This document shows positions 14,344 through 26,200 of a DNA stretch of 64,000 nt, in pieces. The position numbers and the translations under genes are program-made. Origin of the DNA: Octopus vulgaris (lineage: Eukaryota); assembly GCA_951406725.2 (NCBI GenBank), contig OX597817.1:123380001-123444000 (forward strand), in the 5' to 3' direction. Within the stretch, counting starts at the first letter, position 1. Each line of letters opens with the position of its first letter. The notes under the pieces are model-generated. The model did not search any database, was not told the DNA's origin, and saw only the letters and a program-made list of their open reading frames with translations.

Positions 14344-14664
14344 GGCGCGTGGCTTAGTGGTTAGGGCATCCGGCTCATGATCGTAAGGTCGTGAGTTCAA
14401 TTCCCGGCCACGCGTTGTGTCCTTGAGCAAGACACTTTATTTCACGTTGCTCCAGTCCACTCAGCTGGCAAAAATGAGTATTACCTGTATTTCAAAGTGT
14501 GAGCCTTGTTACACACCGTGTCACGCTGAATCTCCCCGAGAACTACGTTAAAGGTACACATGTTTGTGAAGTGCTCAGCCACTCACATGTTAATTTCACG
14601 AGCAAGCTGTTCCAATGATCCTATCAGCTGGGACCCTCGCCGTCGCAACCGACGTAGTGCTCCT
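14344..14664 (+). mobile_element. tRNA-derived CORE-like SINE, head type B with tail type Y
   Basis: tRNA-like head (TGGCTTAGTGG, GTTCAATTCC) and CORE-like TGTGTCCTTGAGCAAGACACTT. Imperfect TSD TAGTCGTTATAC (14327-14338) / TAGTCGTGATAC (14667-14678). Confidence 0.9.
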
Positions 14665-15199
14665 TTTAGTCGTGATACTGAACGCCGCAACAGTAGTACA
14701 AAAGTGGCACAAAAGTTTAATTCTAAGTGAATTCCATTAAATCTATCCCTGAATCTGACTTATTTTTATCCTGTCGAGAAATATGAAAAGGATTTGATTT
14801 TGGAGTAGAAGAAAATATTACCACATTCATTGTGTTACGCTTATTGGTTTACCATTCACTGCCTCTCTTAGTTACAAAATTATATACATTAGCATATAGG
14901 TTTGTAACATAGCTAAATGAAAAATAATTAAATGCAATATTTTGAGAATGGCGTACAACGCTATTTCTATTGCTGAGTGTTGTATTCTTAATTATTATTT
15001 TTCAAGTATTTGGCTTGCTTTGTTATATATAGACTGCATAGCAAGCAAGGTTGTTGGTCTGCCCATGTTCACGATATCAACATGAACAACTAAGACATTC
15101 GTAATCGCATTTTACGTAAGATTCAACAATTAAAGAAAAGGAAAATAAATGAACTTTGGTGTGCGATTGAACAGCGTGATGTTCTTCAAATGCAGCAGA

Positions 15200-18100
15200 A
15201 ATGGCATCAAATTCAAAAGGTAGCAACAGTCTTTTGAACATCATGTTTCTCGTAAATACATTGAAGATCTTAAGAAGAGGAAAGAATTAATGTTACACGT
15301 TTCTTGCATAAAACATCTAAGACCTTTATGAAACTGCCTCATGATGATAACGAAGAACAGGATAAGAACAAATATTAAGTAACAGTTATGCGCTTTAATA
15401 TATTTCTAGTACCTAGAATAAAAAAAGATTTATGAGCAGCTCATATTCACTGGTAATATGCAGTGTGAAAGTGAATCTGTAAACCAGTTTAATACTCGTT
15501 TAAAGAAACGAGCCATATCTGCAATGCTAGATGTTAGGTATCAAAATTATAGAATGGTAATTTGTCAGATTGTTGAAAAAATAATTATTGTAACAAGTTA
15601 AAAGTTAAAATTCCTGAAACTTGAAAGAATATCAATTTACGTGCAGACTTAAATATGGTAGCAACAACTTTAGAAATAATTTCTATTCAAACCAGGAAAT
15701 GCTTAAAGAAGACGTGTAACTGTAGAAAATTACACGCAGCGCACAAATGATATTAAAATAAATATGGACTTTGAAGCACATGGTTTTCCTATATACACTG
15801 AAGAAATATTTCCGTTATAATCTTATTAATCGCATAGCGTGAGATATTTAATATCCAGTAGGGAATACTTTATCCATCAGATGTAAATTCATATGATTTT
15901 TGCAGTGCACTTCAATTTTAACTGATTCCGTTACAACATTAACGATTAAGTGATAAAAAAAAATATACTACATGAAGCATAGAAGGTTCACGATTATACA
16001 TGTTAATATACTGCAAATCTTAAAAAGCATTATGTCATTCACCATAATGGGGTTATATCAGATGAAGTTAAAATGCTAAAGATGCTAATTCCATTATACT
16101 TTTTGATAAAACAATAACGATATAACTAATAATTATGGAACAGAAGCCTAAAGTACTAGTTTTAAGCCGGGTGATGTTTTAGCACCATCGCATAATGACT
16201 TTGGAGGAAGATCAGTTGTCGTAAGGATTAAGTGATTTCTTTATTGAGCAGACTGGATAAAAATCACGTGTAGACTGATGTAACGATGTTAAATTGTCGC
16301 TCAGCTTAACATCACCACATCAAGATTTTTGGGTGTCCTTAACGGAACTCACTCCGTTGTAAAGATTCGCATCATGTTACTTGTATGAGGATAACTCACA
16401 ACAGGCATGCAAATTATGGTCAATTCACCCATTTTCCCGCAACAACCAATGAATCCGTGCATAAAGTTCATCGATGCTGATCTTTCTCGTCTGATTAAGC
16501 AATCACAACATACTATAATGTATTCTGCCGGTAATATTTGTCCACTATAAGGCGGCGAACTGGCAGAACCGCTGGCACGCCCGCCTTTCTGTTCTGAGTT
16601 CAATTTCCACCGAGGTCGACTTTACCTTTCATCCTTTCGAGGTCGATAAAATAATACCAGTTGAGCACTGAGGTCGACATAATCCTAGAAACTGTAAGCC
16701 TTGTGCCAAAATTTGAAACAATATTTGTCTGCGAACGTTTCTTAATTGAATAACGTCAATGAGTTTGCAACAACGTAATCAGAGGAGATTCAGCGCTTAC
16801 GGTTGGTTTCTTTATAAGAAAAAGCATCGGCGAGAGGGTGAGTGAGAGAGTTTCAGTTCTGGAGAGAAATTGTTATAGAAAGTGTTACATGGGATATCAA
16901 CAGCTTGTGATATAACACATGTGATAAAAATTCTGGAGATATGTGAGACTGAATATCATGCGTGAAGATAGTTTGCAGCAGAGAAACAGAGATCATTTTC
17001 ATAGTTATAAAAATGAGAGAGCGAGGAAACAATACGTCTGTTTAGATTCAATCTAGTGAGCGTAGCAGCCGTACCGCAGATGTGCATTATACGTGCGTAT
17101 GAAACCTGAGCATTTTAGGGTTGCAGCTGATCAAGTCAGAAGTAATTATTGGTTGTAAGGAAAGATATTTATGGTTCAACCGCTGTGTATATGTAGAGTC
17201 GTCATGAGAGCGCATCAGAGACCCGTAAGCTAAATATTCATATAAGTAAAGAGTATTGATGCTATACTAACGAAAATATGAACGAAAATGGAATAGACAT
17301 AATTCTCAAATCATTCAAATATTAGGACAGGTTTGGTTCTAAATGTAATTAGTAAACACTTTTCTACTGTTAAACAACGTGATGAAAGTGCATCGTCGGA
17401 ATGATCAGTTGCTGTCGTGTTGTTTTTCAGTCCCTGGTAAACTACGAACAAAAAGACTTTTGATCAAATATTTTTTTTATGCAGAGACTATCATATTTTT
17501 TGGTTGAGCAGTATATATAACACATCGAATGTATTGTCCGTTTGTAAATTGACTGTTATTTTTAGCAGTTAGGACGAACTCGTTGAAACACCTCCATTTG
17601 TTTGATAGTATATTTGATAATTGATGGATCAATATTTACCTTTAAAAAGTATGTACATACTCATTTACATATCAGCCCATTTTAATCAATATTATATGAA
17701 TAATATATTTGATAACTTCAGTAAATTTAGAAAAATTTCAACTAACATTACTTATTGATGGAATAGTATTTTTTCTCCTCTTCTAACATCCTTTCCTACA
17801 AAACAGTTTTACAGCATCGTAAAAGTAGACATCTTCTTTAGCTCATCTTGTACGCTTTGCTATGATCTATCGAACCTAAGTATTCAATTCTTCCGATAGT
17901 TCTCTTCTATATGTGTAAATGAAAAATTAGGTAAATTTGAGATTTTACAAAGAGCATAGGCCCGTTTTTATACGACGTCTGAGGAAATGCTGGCGCGAGA
18001 AGACGGGAGAAAGATATGTATAGGGTTGATATTAGACGAAGATTCTATGATATATAAATGTCTGAAGAAGACCATGAAATTATAATCAGATTGTATCAGA

Positions 18101-18480
18101 GTAAAAGGCAAGGTTTTTTTGAGTTTTTGGTAAGCTCGAAATGTATGAAAATTGCTATGACGTTGTAAATCATATGGATAATAATGTTGTATTTGATTCT
18201 ACGCAAGTTGGACATGAAACAAACGCGTAAATTGTATTACACCTATTCGAAAATCAGGAATTAATATAAAATAGAGCTACACGTGAAATCGAATTTACAG
18301 AAGTATAGTTTATGCGCCACACTATTTTTGGCTTTTCGCTAACAATTTCACTAACAAATGGAAACGAAATGAAAGCTATTACATGAGTTTGACCTCAGAA
18401 AGATGTAAGTGAATCGAGTGAATATTTGGGATCACGTACAATTTCTGCGCAAGAATGTATCCAATTTGTAAGGAATTTGT
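15200..18480 (+). mobile_element. Probable Helitron Rep/helicase fossil, fragmented and interrupted
   Basis: Frame-broken motifs: GVLNGTHSVVK (about 16330, cf. PIF1 GLCNGTRL); QPYRR (about 17070); YLWFNRCVYVE and KYSYK (17165-17245, cf. FNCHINVE and KYLFKY); EIEF...HTIFWL (about 18285-18335, cf. EFQKRGLPHAH); EYLGSRTISAQEC (about 18420-18460, cf. Y..GRYISA.EA). Confidence 0.5.
16548..16720 (+). mobile_element. SINE type A (tRNA head plus Nin/Deu-like domain), internally deleted
   Basis: TAAGGCGGCG head and CCTTTCATCCTTTCGAGGTCGATAAAAT domain. AATATTTGTC occurs on both flanks (16533-16542, 16720-16729). Confidence 0.85.
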
Positions 18481-19849
18481 CTATATTGCTAAGACTTTTT
18501 AATATATTGTTGTGTAAAAAGTCTGTGCATGAATAGCAATTAGCTCAAATAAAAGCTCTCCAACAAATCAATAACGAATTGTCCAATTTTCTCCAGAATT
18601 TCTCAAATAAAGCTTTTACTCTCTATGCTATACTAGTGAATTTAAGTGATGTATTATTACAGAAAGAAAATGATCTTGAAAATATTACATGTTTCACAAG
18701 CCGAACACTAATACCTATTATTCACAAAGTGAACAAGAAAACCTTGCTCTAGTGAAGCTGTACGAATAACATTACATATATATTAATGGCACTGAATTTT
18801 ATACCGAAGCACAACACAAATCTCTTTGTGCATATTTTCAAGATGGTAAAGAACACTAGGCAACAGTTGAATAGTAGGTTTTTTATGAACTATCAATTTA
18901 CGATTTTCCTTATATTTTAATACATATTCTTTCTAAAATATTTATTGAGTCTAATATCTAACCATACATAATAGGTACATTTAAAATATGACTGCTTGCA
19001 ACATATTGTTTTATTCAAAAATTTATACCAAAGCACAATTATTATCAAAATTTGTAAATCCTTCTACTTTTCTAAGTTGTCTTCAGATCTCAACAAACCG
19101 AGAGGTAATTGAGATTTGAACCTCTTGCTGTGAAAAGAGTTAATATTTTATGTCAATAATCTTGTCATTTAGAAATAAATAATGAAGTATAATCTACAGA
19201 AGTCATTAAAATTAATAGCATATACAAAATTCATGTCGAAAAGTGGAATTAATCAAGCAGCAGGAATACTATATGAAATGTGTATTATATTCACACTTGT
19301 AAATAGGGTAACAAAGGTTTTCAATCTCGCAATTTAGCATCATTTAGTTCAAAGGTGCAATTAATGGAATCCACTTTGTTTAAACTGTCTTAAAATCATT
19401 TTCCTTCGATATAAATTTCTCTTTCTTTCCCACGAGTCTCAGACGCCTGAGCAAGGTCGTGGGCTCTGTATTTCTCCTGGTAAATCCATTAGAATTTGAT
19501 AATATTTATTTTTGCGATCTTAATACCCCTTGTGTTTTTATTGTGTAGAAATCCTGTAGTCTGATATTCAAAGGACATCTAGAAAGGATGAGTAATTGAA
19601 AAACTAATGGCACACACATAACATTAATATCGAAATAAATTGTACCCTGATATAAAGTTTTCAACAGCTTTGGCAACAAGTAAAGTAGCTTTAAAAGCAA
19701 AATCACTTTGAAGAACCTATGAATGAATGCTTTTGATACAAGCAGTTATTGAAACACCCGTCATCCAACAACTGAATGAGCACAGTTTGCCTTAGTCTTA
19801 GATTACTTGTAACATTATAAATAGAGAGAGTAAAGATTATTTGCCAACA

Positions 19850-20140
19850 CTATGTAGCAGTCCTGATTAGGACGAATGCTACTGCTATTTAGCCCCAGGA
19901 AACATCGTCTCCAGCTGGCTATTGACGCACTATCAGCGTCTTTACATTTTTGAACAAGGGAGCTTAGTTTCCCCACTCAGCTCAAAGCAATATCTGTGTA
20001 CCAATGGTTTATGGGTTATTTCTCTTCATCGGCACAGAATAATTTCTTGGCTACAGATGGTGACTCTAGACTCTTGTTCGAAATATATACTTTCAAACCG
20101 ACACACAGTTATTGATCTCATAAACAGAATTCTTTTATAT
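19850..20140 (-). mobile_element. Penelope-like terminal-repeat fragment with a decayed hammerhead core
   Basis: Minus strand 20037-19994 reads CTGTG-CCGATGA-...-TAAA-CCATTGG-TA-CACAG. Helix I is intact, helix III is short, and there are two core substitutions. Confidence 0.45.
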
Positions 20141-20178
20141 TTATGCTTATGCGTGTGTGCGTGTTATGTATATATGTA

Positions 20179-20243
<65 letters not shown>

Positions 20244-20249
20244 CTCTTT

Positions 20250-20477
20250 CTCTTTTACTCTCTTTTACTTGTTTCAGTCATTTGACTGCGGCCATGCTGG
20301 AGCACTGCCTTTTAGTCGAGCAAATTGACCCCAGGACTTCTTCTTTGGAAGCCTAGTACTTATTCCTTCGGTCTCTATTGCCGAAACGCTAAGTTACGGG
20401 GACGTAAACACACCAGCATCAGTTGTCAAGCGATGTTGGAGGGACAAACAGAGACACAAACATATACATACACATAT

Positions 20478-20520
<43 letters not shown>

Positions 20521-20667
20521 CGACAGGCTTCTTTCAGTTTCCGTCTACCAAATCCACTTACAAGGCTTTTGTCGGCCCGAGGCTATAGTAGAATACACTT
20601 GCCCAAGGTGCCGCGCAGTGGGACTGAACCCAGAACCGTGTGGTTGGTAAGCAAGCTACTTACCACA
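20250..20667 (-). mobile_element. SINE type D (tRNA head, CORE-like GGCACCTTGGGCAAG, internal TA/TG tract)
   Basis: Colinear with the copies at 46579 and 55674; tail GCATGGCCGCAGTCAAATGACTGAAACAAGTAAAAGA. Confidence 0.9.
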
Positions 20668-20883
20668 TCTTATACGAGCCACCTATATTGTAATATATTT
20701 AATATATTATATTCGTTTTTGATACTATATATATGCGTATGTATATCCTAAATGCGGAAATATAGACGTCACTAAAGTGACAAAAGGTGCTACTCAGCAC
20801 GAATATTGTTAGAAATAAGGCTCAAAACAACTCAGTTGCCACTCAAATCACTATCTTAATGACTAAGAACTGACAACTAATTA

Positions 20884-20884
<1 letters not shown>

Positions 20885-20968
<84 letters not shown>

Positions 20969-20982
20969 TATATGTGTGTGAA

Positions 20983-21028
<46 letters not shown>

Positions 21029-21057
21029 TATATTATCCTTGATTATATATATATCTA

Positions 21058-21154
<97 letters not shown>

Positions 21155-21180
21155 GTCTATATATATATATATATATATAC
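20885..21180. repeat. (TA)n/(TCTA)n microsatellite
   Basis: Seen directly. Confidence 0.95.
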
Positions 21181-22074
21181 AATCTAGTTTAACTATAAAA
21201 TCTATAAATCTAAATCTAAGGATATACAACGCAATGAAGTTGTTGAATATTTTGAAAGATAAAGAATATTGTGACAAACAAAAAAGCAGTATATCTTTTC
21301 TTATCGTAAATTAAATTGTTTTCAAGAAAAAGACAGTACTACATTAAATTCCATACCACACTATCTCTGTGAAAAGTTTCCAGCCAACGAAGATCAAAGA
21401 TAAAGTATTCAAAGTTTGGATGATGAATGAGGGAAAGCAAACTAATGACGAGACAAGTCATTTTTCAAGAAAAACGATGTAAATATCAAAAGTTTATTTA
21501 AATGAAAATTTTCACACATCATCAATTGTCAACCTCCTCTATTACACGTTTACAGGCGATGTGATGAAAGAACGAACGCCGCTTCACAGCAAATCACGCA
21601 AAACCATTTGATCACACAGTTATCCACAGGAAAACAATACAATTGAATTACCACAGCGCCGCACACAGATTTTCACAATGCAGAAGGGAACACTCAAATC
21701 ACCTATGTGCACACATGGTAATTACAGTGTAAGTATATTTGTGTGAATATGCCCTCCTGTGTACTACGCGCGCACACACACACACACTCACATGCTCACA
21801 CATACATACACACATAGTTAAAATATACTTGTGACATATTCTAGCTTGTAAAGGCAAATTACCAGTTACCGTGAAGACATTCTTTCTTATGGTAAAAAGG
21901 AGTAAAACCTCCATATCTGTCCAGTGCTGCCCTTTGCCGGATGCTTAAATATGTTTCTAGCTCTTTAACCGTTATCAGTGGGAAATACCGAAGAGAGGTA
22001 ACCCTGAACAGACTTAAAGCCGTAGCTAAAACACTCAAAACACATACACATAAGTACATATATATAAATACAGT

Positions 22075-22250
22075 TAATTCAAACATGAAAGCACAAAAAA
22101 ACAACAACGTGAGGACGTGAAACAAATATAGTATTATTGGACGCTCAGGAAAGAAGGAAAGAAGGAGGATTTAACGTTTCGAGCGGAGCTCTTTGTCGGA
22201 AACATAGGAGAGGGAAAGATCCAGAGAAGAGAAGACAGAGGGGAAAAAAT
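22075..22250 (-). mobile_element. Penelope-like terminal-repeat fragment with a decayed minimal hammerhead
   Basis: Minus strand 22203-22169 reads GTTT-CCGACAA-A-GAGC TCC GCTC-GAAA-CG-TT-AAAT; it sits in a TA-rich context. Confidence 0.5.
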
Positions 22251-22633
22251 ATATAAATACATATACATGTTTATATATACATCAATAATTACATATTGCT
22301 GTGTATATTATATATATATTAGAAAAAATGAGGTAATCAGATCGGATGGTTCATATTTATAGATATTTATTTATATATTACATTTTTTACATATATATAT
22401 CTATCATATCATTCAGATCATATCATTCGGATTATTAGCGCTTTCTCCCAATCCAGTGGGGTTTTCAAATCAAATCAATTCCTTTGTGGGGAATTTGAAC
22501 ATTTTATAGAGTTTCGTAGTAGTGAGGAGGAAAAAGACAGTATAAGAGGGTGAGTAGGAAGTGAGACAGAGAAAACATGTGTGTATGTGTATGTGTGTGT
22601 GTGTGTGTGTGAGTGTGTGTATGTGTGTGTGTA

Positions 22634-22664
<31 letters not shown>

Positions 22665-23275
22665 GTGTGTGCGTTTGTATCTGAGAGGGAAGAAGCAGTA
22701 TTTCCGTTGGCCTGCTGGACCCCCTACGGTTTTCTAAGAATTTTAGCTCTCTGTCCATTCTGGTGTCACTGAGTGTGTGTTGTGGGTAGGCTGGCCGGAC
22801 AAATATCATTTGGGATCATACTTTCTATGATCGTTTTGTGGAGGTGTGTGTGTGTGTGTGTGTGTCTGTCTGTGTGTCCGTGTGTGTTTGTGTGCGTGTG
22901 TGTGTTTGTCTCTGTGTGTTTGGAGAAGGGGAGAGAGACAAAAAGAGAAAAGGGGAAAAAAAAAAATATATAAAAATAAAAAAAAATAAAAAAAATAAAA
23001 AATAAAAAATAAAAAATAAATAAATAAATAAAAAATAAATAAAAATAAGGGAGGAAGTGGAGAAGAAGAAAAAATATTTTTGTGTGTTGATATTTATACA
23101 AATACATATATATACACACACAGACTTATACATAAAATATTTGAAAAAAACCTTTTTATCGGTTCAAAATGAACAACCAAATTACACCATCTTGAAAATT
23201 GTATATCATAGGAAAGTTAAAATTAAAGTGACAATTAAAAGGTAAAGATGGAAGTAAATTATAAAGATAATAATA

Positions 23276-26200
23276 ATAATAATAATAATAATAATGTTCG
23301 TCCTTCGGTTCGAAGATGACCAACTGACATCATCTGATGGAACTGCCGCCATGAGACCTGAGGTGGCTGGTGAGGCCAATCCGGGCAAGGAAGCCCCTCC
23401 CACAGGTGGGACAGAAGTGGGTAGGGGCCGTGCTACTGGTGCAGGCGGCTCTGGCTTTACGCATCTGACGTTTCTGCTCCGCTGACCGAATCCGTCCCTC
23501 CTCGGCTGTCCCTGCTCCCACGGTGATTGCGCTGCGCCAGGATGAGCGGTTGGCAGCAAGTGTCTCCCAGGTCTCTGTTCCGATGGAGAAGTCTTTGAGA
23601 GAGACCTTGAGACTATCCTTGTAGCGCTTCTTCTGCCCTCCGACTTTGCGCCTGCCCTGGCCGAGTTCACCGTAGAAGAGCTGTTTTGGGATGCGAGTGT
23701 CGGACATGCGGGAGACGTGGCCCGCCCATCTCAGCTGGGCCTTGCGCATGATTGTGATGGTGCTAGGGTGATCTGCCTGCTTCAGAACTTCCGTGTCTGG
23801 GACTTTGTCCTGCCAGCGGATGTGAAGGAGGTTCCGAAGACACCTGAGATGGAAGTGGTTTATCTGGCGCTCGTGCCTTCGGTAAGCAGTCCACGTCTCG
23901 CAGCCGTATAGTAGGGTGGTAAGCACGACTGCCCAGTAGACTTTCAGCTTGGTGTTGAGGCTGATTCCTCTCCGCTCCCAGACTTTCTTTCGCAGTCTCC
24001 CAAACGCGCTGCTTGCCTTGGAGATTCTGTTGATGGTTTCAGCATCTATGTTGGCATTGCAGGAGAGAGTGCTGCCCAGGTAGGTGAAGTTTTCCACCAC
24101 TCGTAGGATCCGTCCGTTCACCCTTATCTGAGGCTCATGGTATTGTTTGCCGGGGGCTGGCTGAAACATCACTTCGGTTTTCTTGGCACTGATGGTGAGA
24201 CCGAAGTTGTCACAGGCTGATGAGAACCTGTCCATCTCGAGCTGCATCTCCTGCTCATCGATTGCATTAAGGGCGCAGTCGTCAGCAAACAGAATTTCTC
24301 TGACGACTGTCTCCCTCACCTTTGTGACAGCCTGCAATCTTCTGGAGTTGAAAAGTTTCCCGTCTGTCCTGTACTTGATGTCGATACCGGACTTGCAGTC
24401 CCTAAAGGCGTCGGACAGCATTGCCGAGAACATGATGCTGAACAGTGTTGGGGCCAGGACACAGCCCTGCCTGACTCCGTTGGTCACCTGGAAGGCTTCA
24501 GATGAGTTGCCGTCTTCAAGGACTCTGGCTGTCATTCCGTCGTGGAACTGGCGGACAATTGCAATAAATTTGCTGGGGCAACCAAATTTTCCCATGACCT
24601 TCCATAGTCCCTCCCGACTGACTGTATCAAAGACCTTGGTGAGGTCAACAAAGGTCATGCAGAGGTCAAGGTGCTGCTCCATGCATTTCTCCTGGAGCTG
24701 GCGGGCGGCGAATATCATGTCAGTGGTCCCTCGACCCGCGCGGAAGCCACACTGGCTCTCAGGGAGAAGGCCTTGCTCCAAGTGTTCCAGAAGGCGGTCA
24801 AGCAGGACCCGGGCCAGGATCTTGCCTGCTATGGACAAGAGGGAGATACCTCGGTGGTTGTCGCAGGACTGCCGATCTCCTTTCTGCTTATAAATGTGGA
24901 CGATTGTTGCGTCCCGGAAATCTTGAGGGAGTTGTTCCCTGTCCCACATCGACTGGAACAGGCTGGTGAGCTGACTAATCATGGTGGGACAGCCCGACTT
25001 GAACACCTCTGCAGGGATGGCATCAGAGCCTGGAGCTTTGCCGGTGGACATTTTTTTGATGGCTCTGCTCACTTCCTCGACTGCAGGGGGAACAGCCAAC
25101 TCGTGGTTTGTCGGCACCTGGGGGAGTCGTGCGATGGCTTCCTCGTTGATCTGGGCTGGTCGGTTGAGCACGATGTTGAAATGCTCCGCCCATCTCTCCA
25201 GGATCAGCATCTTGTTAGTCAGGAGTGAGGTTCCATCCGAGCTGAGCAGGGGGGTTGATCCAAAGGAGAACTGCGGTCCATAGACAGCTTTCAGCGCCTC
25301 GTAGAATTTCTTGGTGTCGTGTTTGTCTGCGTATCCCTGAATCTCATCCGCCTTGGCGCTTAACCATGCGTCTTGCATGAGGCGGAGTTTAGCCTGGACT
25401 GTGCTGCGAATGTTGTTGAAAGCGGCCTTCTTTGCCGTGCAGGTGGTGTCATTTTGGTGAGCCCGCAGCAGACGGCGTTTCTCTTCCAGGAGCTTTTGGA
25501 TTTCCTGGTCGTTTTCGTCGAACCAGTCCTGGTGGTTCCTCGTAACTTGGCCCAGAGTTTCAAGGGAGATGGAATGAACCGTGTCCCTGAATGATTCCCA
25601 CTGCTCATCGATGCTGGACTGGTCACTCCGAATGTCCAACAGCTTGCTGTCCATACGTGACTGGAGATCTTGTGCAGTCAGCTGGTTCTTTAATTTCGTG
25701 ATGTTAAGCTTCCTCGTCACTTTCTGACCCTGTGGTCTTCTCTTAGGTCGGATGTAGAAATCCATCCTGGAGATGATGAGGCGATGGTCCGTCCAGCAGT
25801 CAGCTCCGCACATGGCTTTGACCAGTCTCACGTCCCGCCTGTCTTTCGCCCTGACGATGACGTAATCTATCAGATGCCAGTGTTTGGAGGGTGGATGCAT
25901 CCATGATGTCTTGTTGCGTGTTGGCAGACGGAACAAGGTGTTGGCGATGGTAAGATCATGAGAGGCACACGCACGCAGGAGGAGCTGTCCGTTGTTGTTG
26001 CACTTTCCGATTCCTTGCTTTCCCAGTACGCGATGCCAGGCTTGGTGGTCAGTCCCGACACGGGCGTTAAAATCCCCAAGGAGGATGAGCTTCCCAGGCT
26101 GGGCTGACGTGATGAGGGAGTCGAGTTCCTCATAGAACCTGTCCTTAACTTCTTCAGGGTTGGTCATGGTGGGGGCGTAAGCACTGATGATGGTCGCACT

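Noticed and set aside
14344-14416. Cloverleaf-like sequence with a CAT anticodon loop (possible tRNA-Met)
   Set aside because: The T-stem and anticodon stem pair poorly, and it runs straight into a SINE body with a TSD. It is a SINE head, not a tRNA gene.
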